Shown: positions 18,743 through 29,497 of the stretch, in pieces
How the letters are laid out: each line of letters opens with the position of its first letter
Position numbering within the stretch: position 1 is the stretch's first letter
Translations under genes and position numbers: made by a program
Notes under the pieces: model-generated
What the model was told of the DNA's origin: nothing
The model's database searches: none
Seen by the model: only the letters and a program-made list of their open reading frames with translations
DNA from: Steroidobacteraceae bacterium
GTDB taxonomy: Bacteria; Pseudomonadota; Gammaproteobacteria; Steroidobacterales; Steroidobacteraceae
DNA: 64,000 bases
Assembly: GCA_035639195.1 (NCBI GenBank)
Contig: DASQYM010000003.1
Coordinates: 24,120-88,119 of the forward strand
Direction of reading: 5' to 3'

Positions 18743-20375
18743 GGCCGCCGGCGAGCTCGGACGCTACGATGCGCTGATCATCGGCGGCGGTCACAACGGC
18801 CTCACCTGCGCGGCGTACCTCGCCGCGGCTGGGCTCAAAGTGATCGTACTCGAGCGGCGGGCCATCGTCGGCGGGGCAGCGGTCACCGAGGAGTTCCACC
18901 CCGGATTTCGTAACTCGGTCGCCTCCTACACCGTCTCGCTCCTCAATCCCAAGGTCATTCGCGAGCTGGAGCTGCCACGCCATGGGTTGCGCATCGTCGA
19001 GCGGCGCTGTGCGAACTTCCTGCCGACCTCCGACGGGCGCTATCTCATCACCGGCGGCGGCCGCACCGCGGAGGAGGTGGCGCGCTTCTGCGCGCGCGAT
19101 GCCGCGCAGCTGCCCGAATACGGCGCGCGACTCGACGCCATCGCGGATGTGCTGCGCGACCTGGTGCTGACCACGCCCCCCAACGCACTCGAGGGAGGCT
19201 GGAGCGCGGCGCTCCCGGAGCTGCTGCGTGCCGCGCGCGTCGGCGGCCGACTGCGACGTCTCGACATGAGCCTGCGCCGGGAGCTGCTCGCGCTGTTTGC
19301 CATGTCAGCGGGCGACTACCTCGACAACTGGTTCGAGAGCGACCCGATCAAGGCCGCCTATGGGTTCGACGGCATCGTCGGCAACTACGCGAGTCCCTAC
19401 TCGCCAGGCTCCGCTTACTATCTGCTGCACCACGTGTTCGGCGAAGTGAACGGCAAGCACGGAGCGTGGGGCCATGCCATCGGTGGCATGGGCGCCATCA
19501 CCCAGGCCATGGCGCAGTCGGCGCGCGAGCGTGGCGCGATCATCCGCGTGGCGACGCCGGTGCGCGAGGTGCTGGTCGAAGGTGACCGCGCGGTTGGCGT
19601 GGTCACCGAGTCGGGCGAGACGCTGCGCGCCGCCGCAGTGATTTCCAATGTGAACCCGCGGCTGCTGTACCTCGATCTCATCGCGCCCGCGGCGCTGCCA
19701 GCGGAGGTGCGCGAGCACATGAGCCATTGGCGCTGCGGGTCAGGAACCTTCCGCATGAACGTGGCACTGGCGGAGCTGCCGGACTTCACCTGCCTGCCCG
19801 GCAAGACAGCCGCCGACCATCACACCGCCGGCATCATCATCGCGCCCACTCTCGGCTACATGGAGCAGGCGTACTTCGACGCGCGCTCCTTCGGCTGGTC
19901 GCGCCGACCGATCGTGGAGCTGCTCATTCCCTCGACCCTCGATGACACGCTTGCGCCTGCCGGACGGCACGTGGCGAGTCTGTTCTGCCAGCACGTCGCC
20001 CCTCAGCTTCCGGCCGGGGCGTCCTGGGACGCTCACCGCGAGGCGGTGGCGGATCTCATGATCGACACCGTGAATGCGTACGCACCGAACTTCAAGGCGG
20101 CAGTGCTCGGCCGTCAGATCATGAGCCCGCTCGATCTCGAGCGCACTTTCGGGCTCATCGGCGGCGATATCTCCCATGGAGCGATGAGCCTCGATCAGCT
20201 GTTCTCGGCACGTCCCATGCTCGGCTACGGCAACTATCGCGGTCCGCTCAAGGGCCTCTACATGTGCAGTGCCGGCACCCACCCCGGCGGCGGGGTGACG
20301 GGCGCGCCGGGGCACAACGCTGCCCGCGAGGTGCTCGCCGACTTTCGCCGCCGGCGCCTGCGGCGCGTGGCCTGA
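18735..20375 (+). CDS. FAD-dependent oxidoreductase, phytoene desaturase (CrtI) superfamily, PYROXD2-like
   Basis: GTG 18735 overlaps the Rieske stop by 8 nt (GTGGCTGA). The N-terminus is YDALIIGGGHNGLTCAAYLAAAGLKVIVLERRAIVGGAAVTEEFHPGF. About 546 aa. Confidence 0.8.
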   Translation: MAEAAGELGRYDALIIGGGHNGLTCAAYLAAAGLKVIVLERRAIVGGAAVTEEFHPGFRNSVASYTVSLLNPKVIRELELPRHGLRIVERRCANFLPTSDGRYLITGGGRTAEEVARFCARDAAQLPEYGARLDAIADVLRDLVLTTPPNALEGGWSAALPELLRAARVGGRLRRLDMSLRRELLALFAMSAGDYLDNWFESDPIKAAYGFDGIVGNYASPYSPGSAYYLLHHVFGEVNGKHGAWGHAIGGMGAITQAMAQSARERGAIIRVATPVREVLVEGDRAVGVVTESGETLRAAAVISNVNPRLLYLDLIAPAALPAEVREHMSHWRCGSGTFRMNVALAELPDFTCLPGKTAADHHTAGIIIAPTLGYMEQAYFDARSFGWSRRPIVELLIPSTLDDTLAPAGRHVASLFCQHVAPQLPAGASWDAHREAVADLMIDTVNAYAPNFKAAVLGRQIMSPLDLERTFGLIGGDISHGAMSLDQLFSARPMLGYGNYRGPLKGLYMCSAGTHPGGGVTGAPGHNAAREVLADFRRRRLRRVA

Positions 20376-20376
20376 C

Positions 20377-21192
20377 ATGGCGCGAGCCGCGCCGAAACCG
20401 CGCTTCGCACGCCAGCCACCGCAGGTGCGGCGTCAGGCATTGATCGGCGCCACCATCGAATGTCTCAAACGGTACGGCCACGAAGGTCTCTCGATCCGTA
20501 CCATCAGCGCCCAGGCGGGCGTGTCGGTCGGCCTCATCAACCATCATTTCCCGAACAAGGACGAGCTGGTCGCGGCGGCCTATCGCCACATCAACTCCGA
20601 GCTCGTCCTCGGCATGCAGGCAGCCGTGGCGCGCGCCGGAAGCTCCCCCCGGGCACGCATGCGAGCGTTCCTCGAAGCCTGGTTCTCGGCGCCGAGCCTC
20701 GATCCCGATGCGCTCGCGGTGTGGGTGGTGTTCTGGGGTCTCTATCGTCACTCGCGCCTCATCCAGCGCGCACACCGCGAGACCTATCAGGGCTACGTGA
20801 GCCTGTTGCGTGGCATGCTGGCGGAGCTCCTGCCGCAGCGACGTGCCTCGGTCAATGCGCGCGCGGGACGGCGCCCGCGCAGCGCCGGCACGGCGGCAGT
20901 CGATCTGCGCCTCGCCGCCATCGGTTTCAGCGCGCTGCTTGATGGCTTGTGGCTCGAATGGTGCCTCGAGCCAGGCACCTTTCGCCCCGCGGAGGCTGTG
21001 GAACTGTGCGAGGCTTGGATCGCCAGCTTGTCGCGCAGTGCACCGCAGGCGAGCCGCGCAGACTCGCAGGCGAGAGTGCGAAGGTCAGCCACTACTGGCA
21101 GTGAGCTCGCAGCCGCCATGACGGAGGCCGCCACGCACCATGGCGTACGACATACCAACCGAGCGCCGCTGAGGCGCACAGCGAGACGATGA
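20377..21192 (+). CDS. TetR/AcrR family regulator with BetI-like HTH
   Basis: ATG lies 1 nt after the preceding stop. RRQALIGATIECLKRYGHEGLSIRTISAQAGVSVGLINHHFPNKDELV is a TetR HTH resembling BetI. The long, low-complexity C-terminal tail overlaps the convergent gene. Confidence 0.85.
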   Translation: MARAAPKPRFARQPPQVRRQALIGATIECLKRYGHEGLSIRTISAQAGVSVGLINHHFPNKDELVAAAYRHINSELVLGMQAAVARAGSSPRARMRAFLEAWFSAPSLDPDALAVWVVFWGLYRHSRLIQRAHRETYQGYVSLLRGMLAELLPQRRASVNARAGRRPRSAGTAAVDLRLAAIGFSALLDGLWLEWCLEPGTFRPAEAVELCEAWIASLSRSAPQASRADSQARVRRSATTGSELAAAMTEAATHHGVRHTNRAPLRRTARR

Positions 21193-22000
21193 GCGCAGGG
21201 AGCGAGGCTTCCGGGCCGAAGGCGCCCCCGGTCAGCCAGGCCGGCCCGGACAAGGAAGCGCCGATCAGACCCTGGTAGTGTCCGCCCGAGACCGCGGCGC
21301 CGAAGATGCCACCTTCGGTGAAATTCCAGCCGAAGTGCACGCCGATCGGCAGCCATAGACTGCGCGTGGCGGCATAGCAGATGCCGAGCAAGACCCCGCT
21401 CTCGAGCGCGATGGCAAGAGTCGATATCCAGCTCGCACCGGCGTTGCCGGCGTGCACCAGCCCAAAAATCGCCGCTGAGACGATGAGCGCGATGCCGGTT
21501 CCGAGCGCTCCCTCGAGCCGGCGAAACACCACCCCGCGGAACACGATCTCCTCACCGACCGCCGAGGCGATCGCCACTGCAAGCGCACGGCCAAGACCCG
21601 CGAATCCGTTGAGTGCTTCCCAGGTCGCTGCACCCGCTGCCCACAGGATCAGATAGACGAACGCAAACAGCGCCGTGCCCGCAAGCACACCCGCGGCGAG
21701 TTCGCGGGCAGCCCCCGCTCCGCGCAGCTCCTGAGCGGTGCGCTGCTCGAGCAGCTCGATGAGCGAGCGATAGGCGGCGATCATCGCCAGCGACAGCATG
21801 AGCGCCGCGAGCAGTCGGGCCGCATCGCCAAGTGGCGCGGGGGCCACGTGCACCAGGCGCGCTCCGAGCAGCTGACATGCAACATCGACGGCCGCGAGAA
21901 TCACGAACAACAGCAGCAGCTGCACCGGCATGAAGCCGAGCACGGTTGGCAGGCGGCGCGGTGCAGGCGGGGCGACAGGAGTCGTATCAGTGCCGGGCAC
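21092..22000 (-). CDS. CPBP family intramembrane glutamic endopeptidase (CAAX protease/Abi-like)
   Basis: Motifs EEIVFRGVVFRR, FGLVHAGN and HFGWNF. GTG 22000 has GGGAG 10 nt upstream, and ATG 21931 is an alternative. The ORF-track start 22222 is an extension. Confidence 0.8.
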   Translation of the reverse strand: MPGTDTTPVAPPAPRRLPTVLGFMPVQLLLLFVILAAVDVACQLLGARLVHVAPAPLGDAARLLAALMLSLAMIAAYRSLIELLEQRTAQELRGAGAARELAAGVLAGTALFAFVYLILWAAGAATWEALNGFAGLGRALAVAIASAVGEEIVFRGVVFRRLEGALGTGIALIVSAAIFGLVHAGNAGASWISTLAIALESGVLLGICYAATRSLWLPIGVHFGWNFTEGGIFGAAVSGGHYQGLIGASLSGPAWLTGGAFGPEASLPALIVSLCASAALGWYVVRHGAWRPPSWRLRAHCQ

Positions 22001-22138
22001 GTTGTTGTTTCTCCCTGGGGCGGCGCTGCGCAGGATTATGCGCGCTCGGGGCCCGCCAGCGGTGCCGCTGCGGTGGCCGCTCGGGCTTGCGGCCACCGAT
22101 AATGGCCCCCACATCCCCAGTGTGTGCAAGTGGAGGAC

Positions 22139-22224
22139 GTGTTGACCGAGACCCCTCGGAGGCGGGTCGTGATCGTCGGGTGCGGCTTCGGGGGCCGGTT
22201 CGCCGCCCGAGCGAAGGAGCACTG

Positions 22225-22225
<1 letters not shown>
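22139..22225 (+). other. 28-codon uORF resembling the N-terminus of an NDH-2/FAD oxidoreductase (possible gene relic), stop-start coupled to the ABC exporter
   Basis: GGAGGA (22132-22137) is followed by GTG 22139 / TTG 22142. The translation is MLTETPRRRVVIVGCGFGGRFAARAKEH. TGA 22223-22225 overlaps ATG 22225 (TGATG). Confidence 0.3.
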
Positions 22226-24075
<1,850 letters not shown>

Positions 24076-24131
24076 CTGCTGCCTGGCTCACCTCACCAGC
24101 CGAGCACTCCGCAGCGACCTCGGCGCACGGG

Positions 24132-24656
24132 CTATCGCTGAGCGGGTGGCTGCTGACCTTGCGAGCGCGCCTCGGCCCTCATGCGACCCACATCGAGCGG
24201 ACGGATCTCGGCGATGGGGCATTGCCAACTGCCGCCGACGCCGCTATTCACCAGGATCGAATCGAGCCCCGCGAGCACCGTGCTGTTGGTGGAGGTAATG
24301 CCAATCGGACCGGTGGCGAAGCGCACATCGCACGGACCGGAGACCTTGAGAAGGTAGGCCTCGTTCGGTCTGGTGTAGACCAACAGCTGGTCCTTGCCGA
24401 GCGGCTCCCAGCTGTCGAAGCGGCCGAGCCAGTTGAAGGATTGGACTGGCGGACCGGCATAGGTTCGGTAACGCGCGAGCGCACGGTCCTGCGCCGTCGA
24501 TGGTGCCGCATTGCTGCCAGCGTTCCCACCCGGAGCAGCGGCGGTTCCCCCGGCAGCGGGCCGGGGGCTGGCGCAAGCCGCGAGCAGAACCACTGCCGCG
24601 GTCCCCATACCGAGGCCGCGCAGCGCAAGGCGCAAGTCATCTCCTGCATCGATCAT
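24132..24656 (-). CDS. DUF6491-like lipoprotein
   Basis: Lipobox VVLLAAC. YRTYAGPPVQSFNWLGRFDSWEPLGKDQLLVYTRPNEAYLLKVSGPC ... CPIAEIRPLD matches my recollection of DUF6491. ATG 24656 has GGAG upstream, so the start is uncertain (24608 to 24680). Confidence 0.6.
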   Translation of the reverse strand: MIDAGDDLRLALRGLGMGTAAVVLLAACASPRPAAGGTAAAPGGNAGSNAAPSTAQDRALARYRTYAGPPVQSFNWLGRFDSWEPLGKDQLLVYTRPNEAYLLKVSGPCDVRFATGPIGITSTNSTVLAGLDSILVNSGVGGSWQCPIAEIRPLDVGRMRAEARSQGQQPPAQR

Positions 24657-24739
24657 TCCGACTCCACACCAGTACCGCACCTGTCGAACGCAATTGCCCG
24701 GCCCGGAGTTTACCCAGCGCTCGCCGGCGCAACAGCCGC

Positions 24740-27580
24740 CTAGTCCTCGACGCTCAGCAGCGCCACCGGGAACCTTGCCAGCGCCTGCGCTGCAGCTATG
24801 CCGAGGGTGTTCCCCTCCATCTGGGGCTGCAGCTGGGTGCCATCGATTACATTACGCAGCGGCCGGCGTGAGCCGGAGTTTGCGGGCAGCTCGATGAACG
24901 TGTCCTCCCACACGGCGCTCCCGAGGGGCAGGCGCGCGGGATCATCGAGCAGCCGCCGGTATAGCCGCGGCGCGATCACGACCAGTGCGCGCCGCTCGCA
25001 GCGACGCGCGAAGGCACATACATGGTGCGCGCGGCTGCCGTGCACGCGCAGGCGGCGATAGTCGCCATGGCTGAACAGCCGCGGCTGCGCGAGGCGCAGT
25101 TGCAGCGTCCGCCAGGTGAGCAGCAGCTTGCAGCGGCCATCCTCCAGGTGCTCGAGCATTTCCGGCAGCAGGCGCCGCTCGGAGTCCTGTGCAAGCTCTG
25201 CCAGCAGCATGCCGCGCTTCCGGTAGTTGACCGGGCGGCGGTTGTCGGGATCCACGAGCGAGAAGTCCCACAGCTCGTTGCCCTGGTAGATGTCCGGCAC
25301 CCCGGGCGCGGTGAGCTTGCAGAGCGTCTGCGACAGACTGTTGAGCAGCCCGAAGCGCGCCACCGGACGCCAGAAGGCGAGGAAGTCGGCGAGGAACAGA
25401 TTGTTGTCGCGCGGCTCGATTGCGCTGCGCACGAACTGCAGCAGTGCCTCCTCGTACGCCGTGCCCGTCTCGGTCCAGCTGGTATGCACCTTGGCTTCGC
25501 GCACCGCCTTGATCATGTAAGCCTCGATGCGTGCGCGGTACTCGGCGAGGTCGGCGGCGTCCGGCTCGGGCAGCGGCCAGCTGCCGAGCAGTGTCTGGTA
25601 GAAGTGATATTCGTCGTTGCTGGACGGTGCGGGCGCACCGTCGACCTCGCGCTCGAGCCGGCGGTTGATGCGCACCCAGCGCCGCACGGCATCACGCCAG
25701 GGGGTAGTCATCTCCGATAGCACCGCAAGCCGCGCGCGCACGTCTTCGGAGCGTTTGGTGTCGTGGGTGGAGGTGGCGAGCATCTCATGCGGCCAGTGAC
25801 GCGCCCGGTACTCGGCATCGGCATGGAAAGCGCGCACGCCCCCGCCGCCGTAGATCCCCGGCTCGCCCGCGACCTCATTCAGCGCGAGCAAGCGGTTGTA
25901 ACGGAAGAGCGCGGTGTCCTCGATGCCCTTGGCGGTGATCGGCGCGGTGATCTGCTGGAATTTCATGGCGAAGGCGCGGTGCGCACGCAGCTGCGCTTCG
26001 GTGGCCGCCGGCAGCTGCAGCAGCAGGGCCGCGCGCACGAAGGCGAACACGGGCGCCTCGCTCGCGGCGCGCCGCCGACGCGCGGCGGCGATAGCCCATT
26101 CGATATAGCGCCGGTCGGTGTCGCTCACGCTCTCGGCCACATAGGTCCGGTAGACCGGAAAGCAGGCGATCACCTCGGCGAGCGCCTGGCGCAGGTTGTT
26201 GAAGGTGAAGTCGCGGGTGCTGCGGTCGGAGCGCGCGATGCGTGCCAGCTGGTTGGTGGCTACATTGAGCTCCGAGGCGAGCGAGCGGCGCAGGATGAGC
26301 TGCTGGCACTCGTAGGCCACATCGCGCCATTCCTGCGCCTCGCCGCTCAGGGCACGATAGACGCGATCCATGCGAGCGCGTGTCGCCGCATCGATGAGCA
26401 TGCGGTTGACTATGTTGGCGAAGTGATAGCCGGTCTCACCGTGCACCGGCCAGTCATCGGGAAGGTGCTCGAACGACAGGCTGATCTTCTCCACCACCAG
26501 GTAGAGCGCGCGCGGCGAGTCCTTGCCGGTGAGCGCGCCGATGCGCTCCTGCAGGCGGCGCAGGTAGCCGGCGGGATCGTACAGGCCATCGACGTGATCG
26601 ATGCGCAGGCCGTCGATCTTGCCGGCAGCGATGAGCTCGAGCACGCGCCGATGGGTCGCCTCGAACACCGCCTCATTGTCGACGCGCAGCGCCGCCAGAT
26701 CATTGACGTCGAAGAAGCGGCGATAGTTGATGTCCTCGGACGCTACCCGCCAGTAGGCGAGATGGAACGCCTGCAGCTCGAGCAGCTCGTGCAACGCATC
26801 GAAGCTGGCGGGCTCGCCCGCAGTGCCGGTGAAGCTGCGTACCGCGGTGTCGAGCGCGCTCGCGACCGCGCTGTCGCTGGCTGCAAGTGCCGCCAGGCGC
26901 CGCTTGTGCAGCTCCTTCTCACGGCTGCGCTCGGCCACCTGCTCCGGGGTCGGTACGCCACGGTCGGGCAGCGCCGCGAGCGCACGGCGGATGTTCTCCA
27001 ACTCGCTGCTCGAGACCAGTGCCGCCACACGGTCGAGAATGCGCGGGTAGGTGCGCGGGTCGAGCGGCATACGGTGCACGCCGTAAAACACCGCGAACGA
27101 GCCGGAATCGCGCTCGAATCGCAACTCGAGCTCGCCGCGCTCCAGCGCCGTCGCATACGGGTCGGCGAGCACCGGCACCAGGACCTTGTGGGCGCGGTCG
27201 GGGTTGGACGGCGCCCAGTCGATGTCGAAGAATTCGGCATATACCGAGGACTCGCCGTTCTCCAACAGATCCATCCACCAGGCGTTGTCGGTGCCGAGGA
27301 TACCAACATGGTTTGGCACGATGTCGACGATGTGTCCCATGCCGTGCGCCCGCAGCGCTGCCACCAGGCGCTCGAAGTCGGCCTCGTCGCCGATCTCCGG
27401 ATTGAAGGAGTTGTGATCGACCACGTCGTAGCCATGAGAGCTGCCGGAACGCGCGCGGAAATACGGCGAGCAGTAGAGATGGCTGACTCCGAGCGCCGCG
27501 AGATACGGCACGACCCCCAAGGCATCCCGGAATGAGAAGCCGGCGTTGAGCTGCAGGCGGTAGGTGACGCGCGGGATCAC
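24740..27580 (-). CDS. treY: malto-oligosyltrehalose synthase
   Basis: The N-terminus VTYRLQLNAGFSFRDALGVVPYLAALGVSHLYCSPYFRARSGSSHGYDV and a length above 900 aa are diagnostic. The start is uncertain (GTG 27580 or GTG 27619), and the ORF-track start 27730 overlaps treZ. Confidence 0.92.
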   Translation of the reverse strand: MIPRVTYRLQLNAGFSFRDALGVVPYLAALGVSHLYCSPYFRARSGSSHGYDVVDHNSFNPEIGDEADFERLVAALRAHGMGHIVDIVPNHVGILGTDNAWWMDLLENGESSVYAEFFDIDWAPSNPDRAHKVLVPVLADPYATALERGELELRFERDSGSFAVFYGVHRMPLDPRTYPRILDRVAALVSSSELENIRRALAALPDRGVPTPEQVAERSREKELHKRRLAALAASDSAVASALDTAVRSFTGTAGEPASFDALHELLELQAFHLAYWRVASEDINYRRFFDVNDLAALRVDNEAVFEATHRRVLELIAAGKIDGLRIDHVDGLYDPAGYLRRLQERIGALTGKDSPRALYLVVEKISLSFEHLPDDWPVHGETGYHFANIVNRMLIDAATRARMDRVYRALSGEAQEWRDVAYECQQLILRRSLASELNVATNQLARIARSDRSTRDFTFNNLRQALAEVIACFPVYRTYVAESVSDTDRRYIEWAIAAARRRRAASEAPVFAFVRAALLLQLPAATEAQLRAHRAFAMKFQQITAPITAKGIEDTALFRYNRLLALNEVAGEPGIYGGGGVRAFHADAEYRARHWPHEMLATSTHDTKRSEDVRARLAVLSEMTTPWRDAVRRWVRINRRLEREVDGAPAPSSNDEYHFYQTLLGSWPLPEPDAADLAEYRARIEAYMIKAVREAKVHTSWTETGTAYEEALLQFVRSAIEPRDNNLFLADFLAFWRPVARFGLLNSLSQTLCKLTAPGVPDIYQGNELWDFSLVDPDNRRPVNYRKRGMLLAELAQDSERRLLPEMLEHLEDGRCKLLLTWRTLQLRLAQPRLFSHGDYRRLRVHGSRAHHVCAFARRCERRALVVIAPRLYRRLLDDPARLPLGSAVWEDTFIELPANSGSRRPLRNVIDGTQLQPQMEGNTLGIAAAQALARFPVALLSVED

Positions 27581-27632
27581 CGCACCGCCATCGCCCTCCT
27601 CAGGGCCGCGGCGCCGCACCGCGTTGGGCCGC

Positions 27633-29459
27633 TCAGGCGGATTCACCGTGCTGCTCCAGCAGCCACAGCACGCTCCACGCGGGGAGCTCGTTGCGCGCGA
27701 GCGTCGCGCGTACCCCGGGGTGGGTGGCAAAGACCACGCGACCGGCTGGGCGTACCGGCAGCGGCGCGGACGCTGCGGCGAGATTGGCTATGAGATGCAG
27801 GGTATGGTCGCGGCCGCTCCAGTCGACGGCAAACGCCACGCCGCCCTCCGCCAGTGTGCAGCGGCCGGCTCCAAGGAACGGCAGCAACGGCACGATGTCG
27901 CGTCGCCGGATAGTGAGCAGCCGGCGGTAGTGAGTGAGCACGCGGGCGTGCGCGCTCTGGCGCAGCAGACTCCAATCGAGCTGCGCCGCGGCCAAGGTGC
28001 TGGCCGCGCCCGGATCCGGCGCGCCGGGGATTTCGCGCGCGCGCTGCGCACGTACCCGCTCGAGCAGCTGCGGCTCGTAATCGCAGAACCAGGGAAAAGG
28101 CTGCGGGGTTGCCCACTCCTCGCCCATGAACAGCAGCGGCGGCTGCGGCGCAAGCAGCACCACCGCGCTCCCCGCCCGCAGCGCCGCCGGATCTTGCACC
28201 AGCTGCGCGAGCCGCTCGCCGCGCGCGCGGTTGCCGACCTGGTCGTGGTTTTGCAGAAAATTGATGAATGCACTCGGGGGCAGGTGTGCGCTGCGCTCGC
28301 CACGGGAGCTGCCCGCCAGGCGCGAGTGCTCCCCCTGATAGGCGAAGCCCTGCGCGAGTGCACGGCACAGCAGCGCGTGCGGCGTGTCGCTGAAATCGGT
28401 GTAGTACTCCTGGCTCTCGCCGGTGAGCAGCACGTGCAGACAGTGATGCACGTCATCGTTCCACTGCGCATCGCAGGTGTCGGGTGCGCCCTCCGCGCCC
28501 AGCAGTGCTGCGCTATTGTGCAAATTTTCGAGTGTCAGGTAGATGGTGCGGCTCTGGCCCGCGCCGCTGCGTGCAGCCCGGGCCAGTTGCCTGACGATGT
28601 GCGGTTCGCTGCGATCGTAGATGGCGTGCACCGCATCGAGACGCAGACCGTCGAGGTGGAATTCCTCGAGCCAATAAAGCGCATTGTGAATGAAGAACTC
28701 GCGCACCACGCGGCTGCCCTCGCCATCGAAGTTGATGGCTGCACCCCAGGGGGTGTGGCGCTGCCCATCGAAGAACTGCGGTGCGTAGAGGTGCAGGTAG
28801 TTACCTTCGGGCCCAAAGTGGTTGTAGACCACATCGAGAATCACCGCGAGTCCATGGCCATGGGCCGCGGCGATCAGCGCCTTGAGCTCCTCCGGGCGGC
28901 CATAGGAGGCTTGCGGGGCGTACGGCAGCACGCCGTCGTAGCCCCAGTTGCGCACCCCGGGGAAGGCAGCGACCGGCATGAGCTCGATGGCGGTTACCCC
29001 GAGCCGCTTGAGGTGGCCGAGGCGCGCGGCCACGGCGCTGTAGGTGCCAGGGGTGTTGAAGGTACCCACGTGCAACTCGTAGAGGATGGCTCCGTGCCAG
29101 GGGGGCGTACGCCAGGCACCGTCCCCCCAAGCGTAGGCCAGCGGATCGATCACCTCACTCGGGCCATGTACGCCCAGTGGATTGCAACGCGCGGCGGGGT
29201 CGGGCACCTCATGGACGCCATCGACGCGATAGCGGTACAGGCTCCCCACACCGGCGGCGCCGGTTGCCAGTGCGAACCAACCTTCATCGAGCCGCTCCAT
29301 GGCGGCGCTGTGTACGGCGCTGCCCGCTGCATCGCACAGCACCAGCTCCACACTGCGCGCAGCCGGCGCCCACAGCCGAAAGCGCACCTCACCGCTCGCG
29401 CTCAGCTGCGCGCCGAAGGGCATCTCATGCCGGCGCCGAACCGGCGTTTCCCTCTCCAA
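27633..29459 (-). CDS. treZ: malto-oligosyltrehalose trehalohydrolase
   Basis: 608 aa, GH13 pattern (GVTAIELMPV..., VILDVVYNHFGPEGNY, GLRLDAVHAI). TTG 29459 has AAGGAGGA 6 nt upstream. Confidence 0.92.
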   Translation of the reverse strand: MERETPVRRRHEMPFGAQLSASGEVRFRLWAPAARSVELVLCDAAGSAVHSAAMERLDEGWFALATGAAGVGSLYRYRVDGVHEVPDPAARCNPLGVHGPSEVIDPLAYAWGDGAWRTPPWHGAILYELHVGTFNTPGTYSAVAARLGHLKRLGVTAIELMPVAAFPGVRNWGYDGVLPYAPQASYGRPEELKALIAAAHGHGLAVILDVVYNHFGPEGNYLHLYAPQFFDGQRHTPWGAAINFDGEGSRVVREFFIHNALYWLEEFHLDGLRLDAVHAIYDRSEPHIVRQLARAARSGAGQSRTIYLTLENLHNSAALLGAEGAPDTCDAQWNDDVHHCLHVLLTGESQEYYTDFSDTPHALLCRALAQGFAYQGEHSRLAGSSRGERSAHLPPSAFINFLQNHDQVGNRARGERLAQLVQDPAALRAGSAVVLLAPQPPLLFMGEEWATPQPFPWFCDYEPQLLERVRAQRAREIPGAPDPGAASTLAAAQLDWSLLRQSAHARVLTHYRRLLTIRRRDIVPLLPFLGAGRCTLAEGGVAFAVDWSGRDHTLHLIANLAAASAPLPVRPAGRVVFATHPGVRATLARNELPAWSVLWLLEQHGESA

Positions 29460-29497
29460 GTCGATCCTCCTTGATCAAGGAGCGCGCTGCGCGCGCA

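Noticed and set aside
21946-22224. N-terminal extensions offered by the ORF track. Examples are the ABC exporter from 21946, gabT from 39680, the metal-RND adaptor from 60809, the [2Fe-2S] protein from 40258, azurin from 40918 and htpX from 46892.
   Set aside because: The extensions overlap neighbouring genes, are compositionally abnormal, and are followed by internal starts with good SD sequences and canonical family N-termini. The shorter gene models were used.
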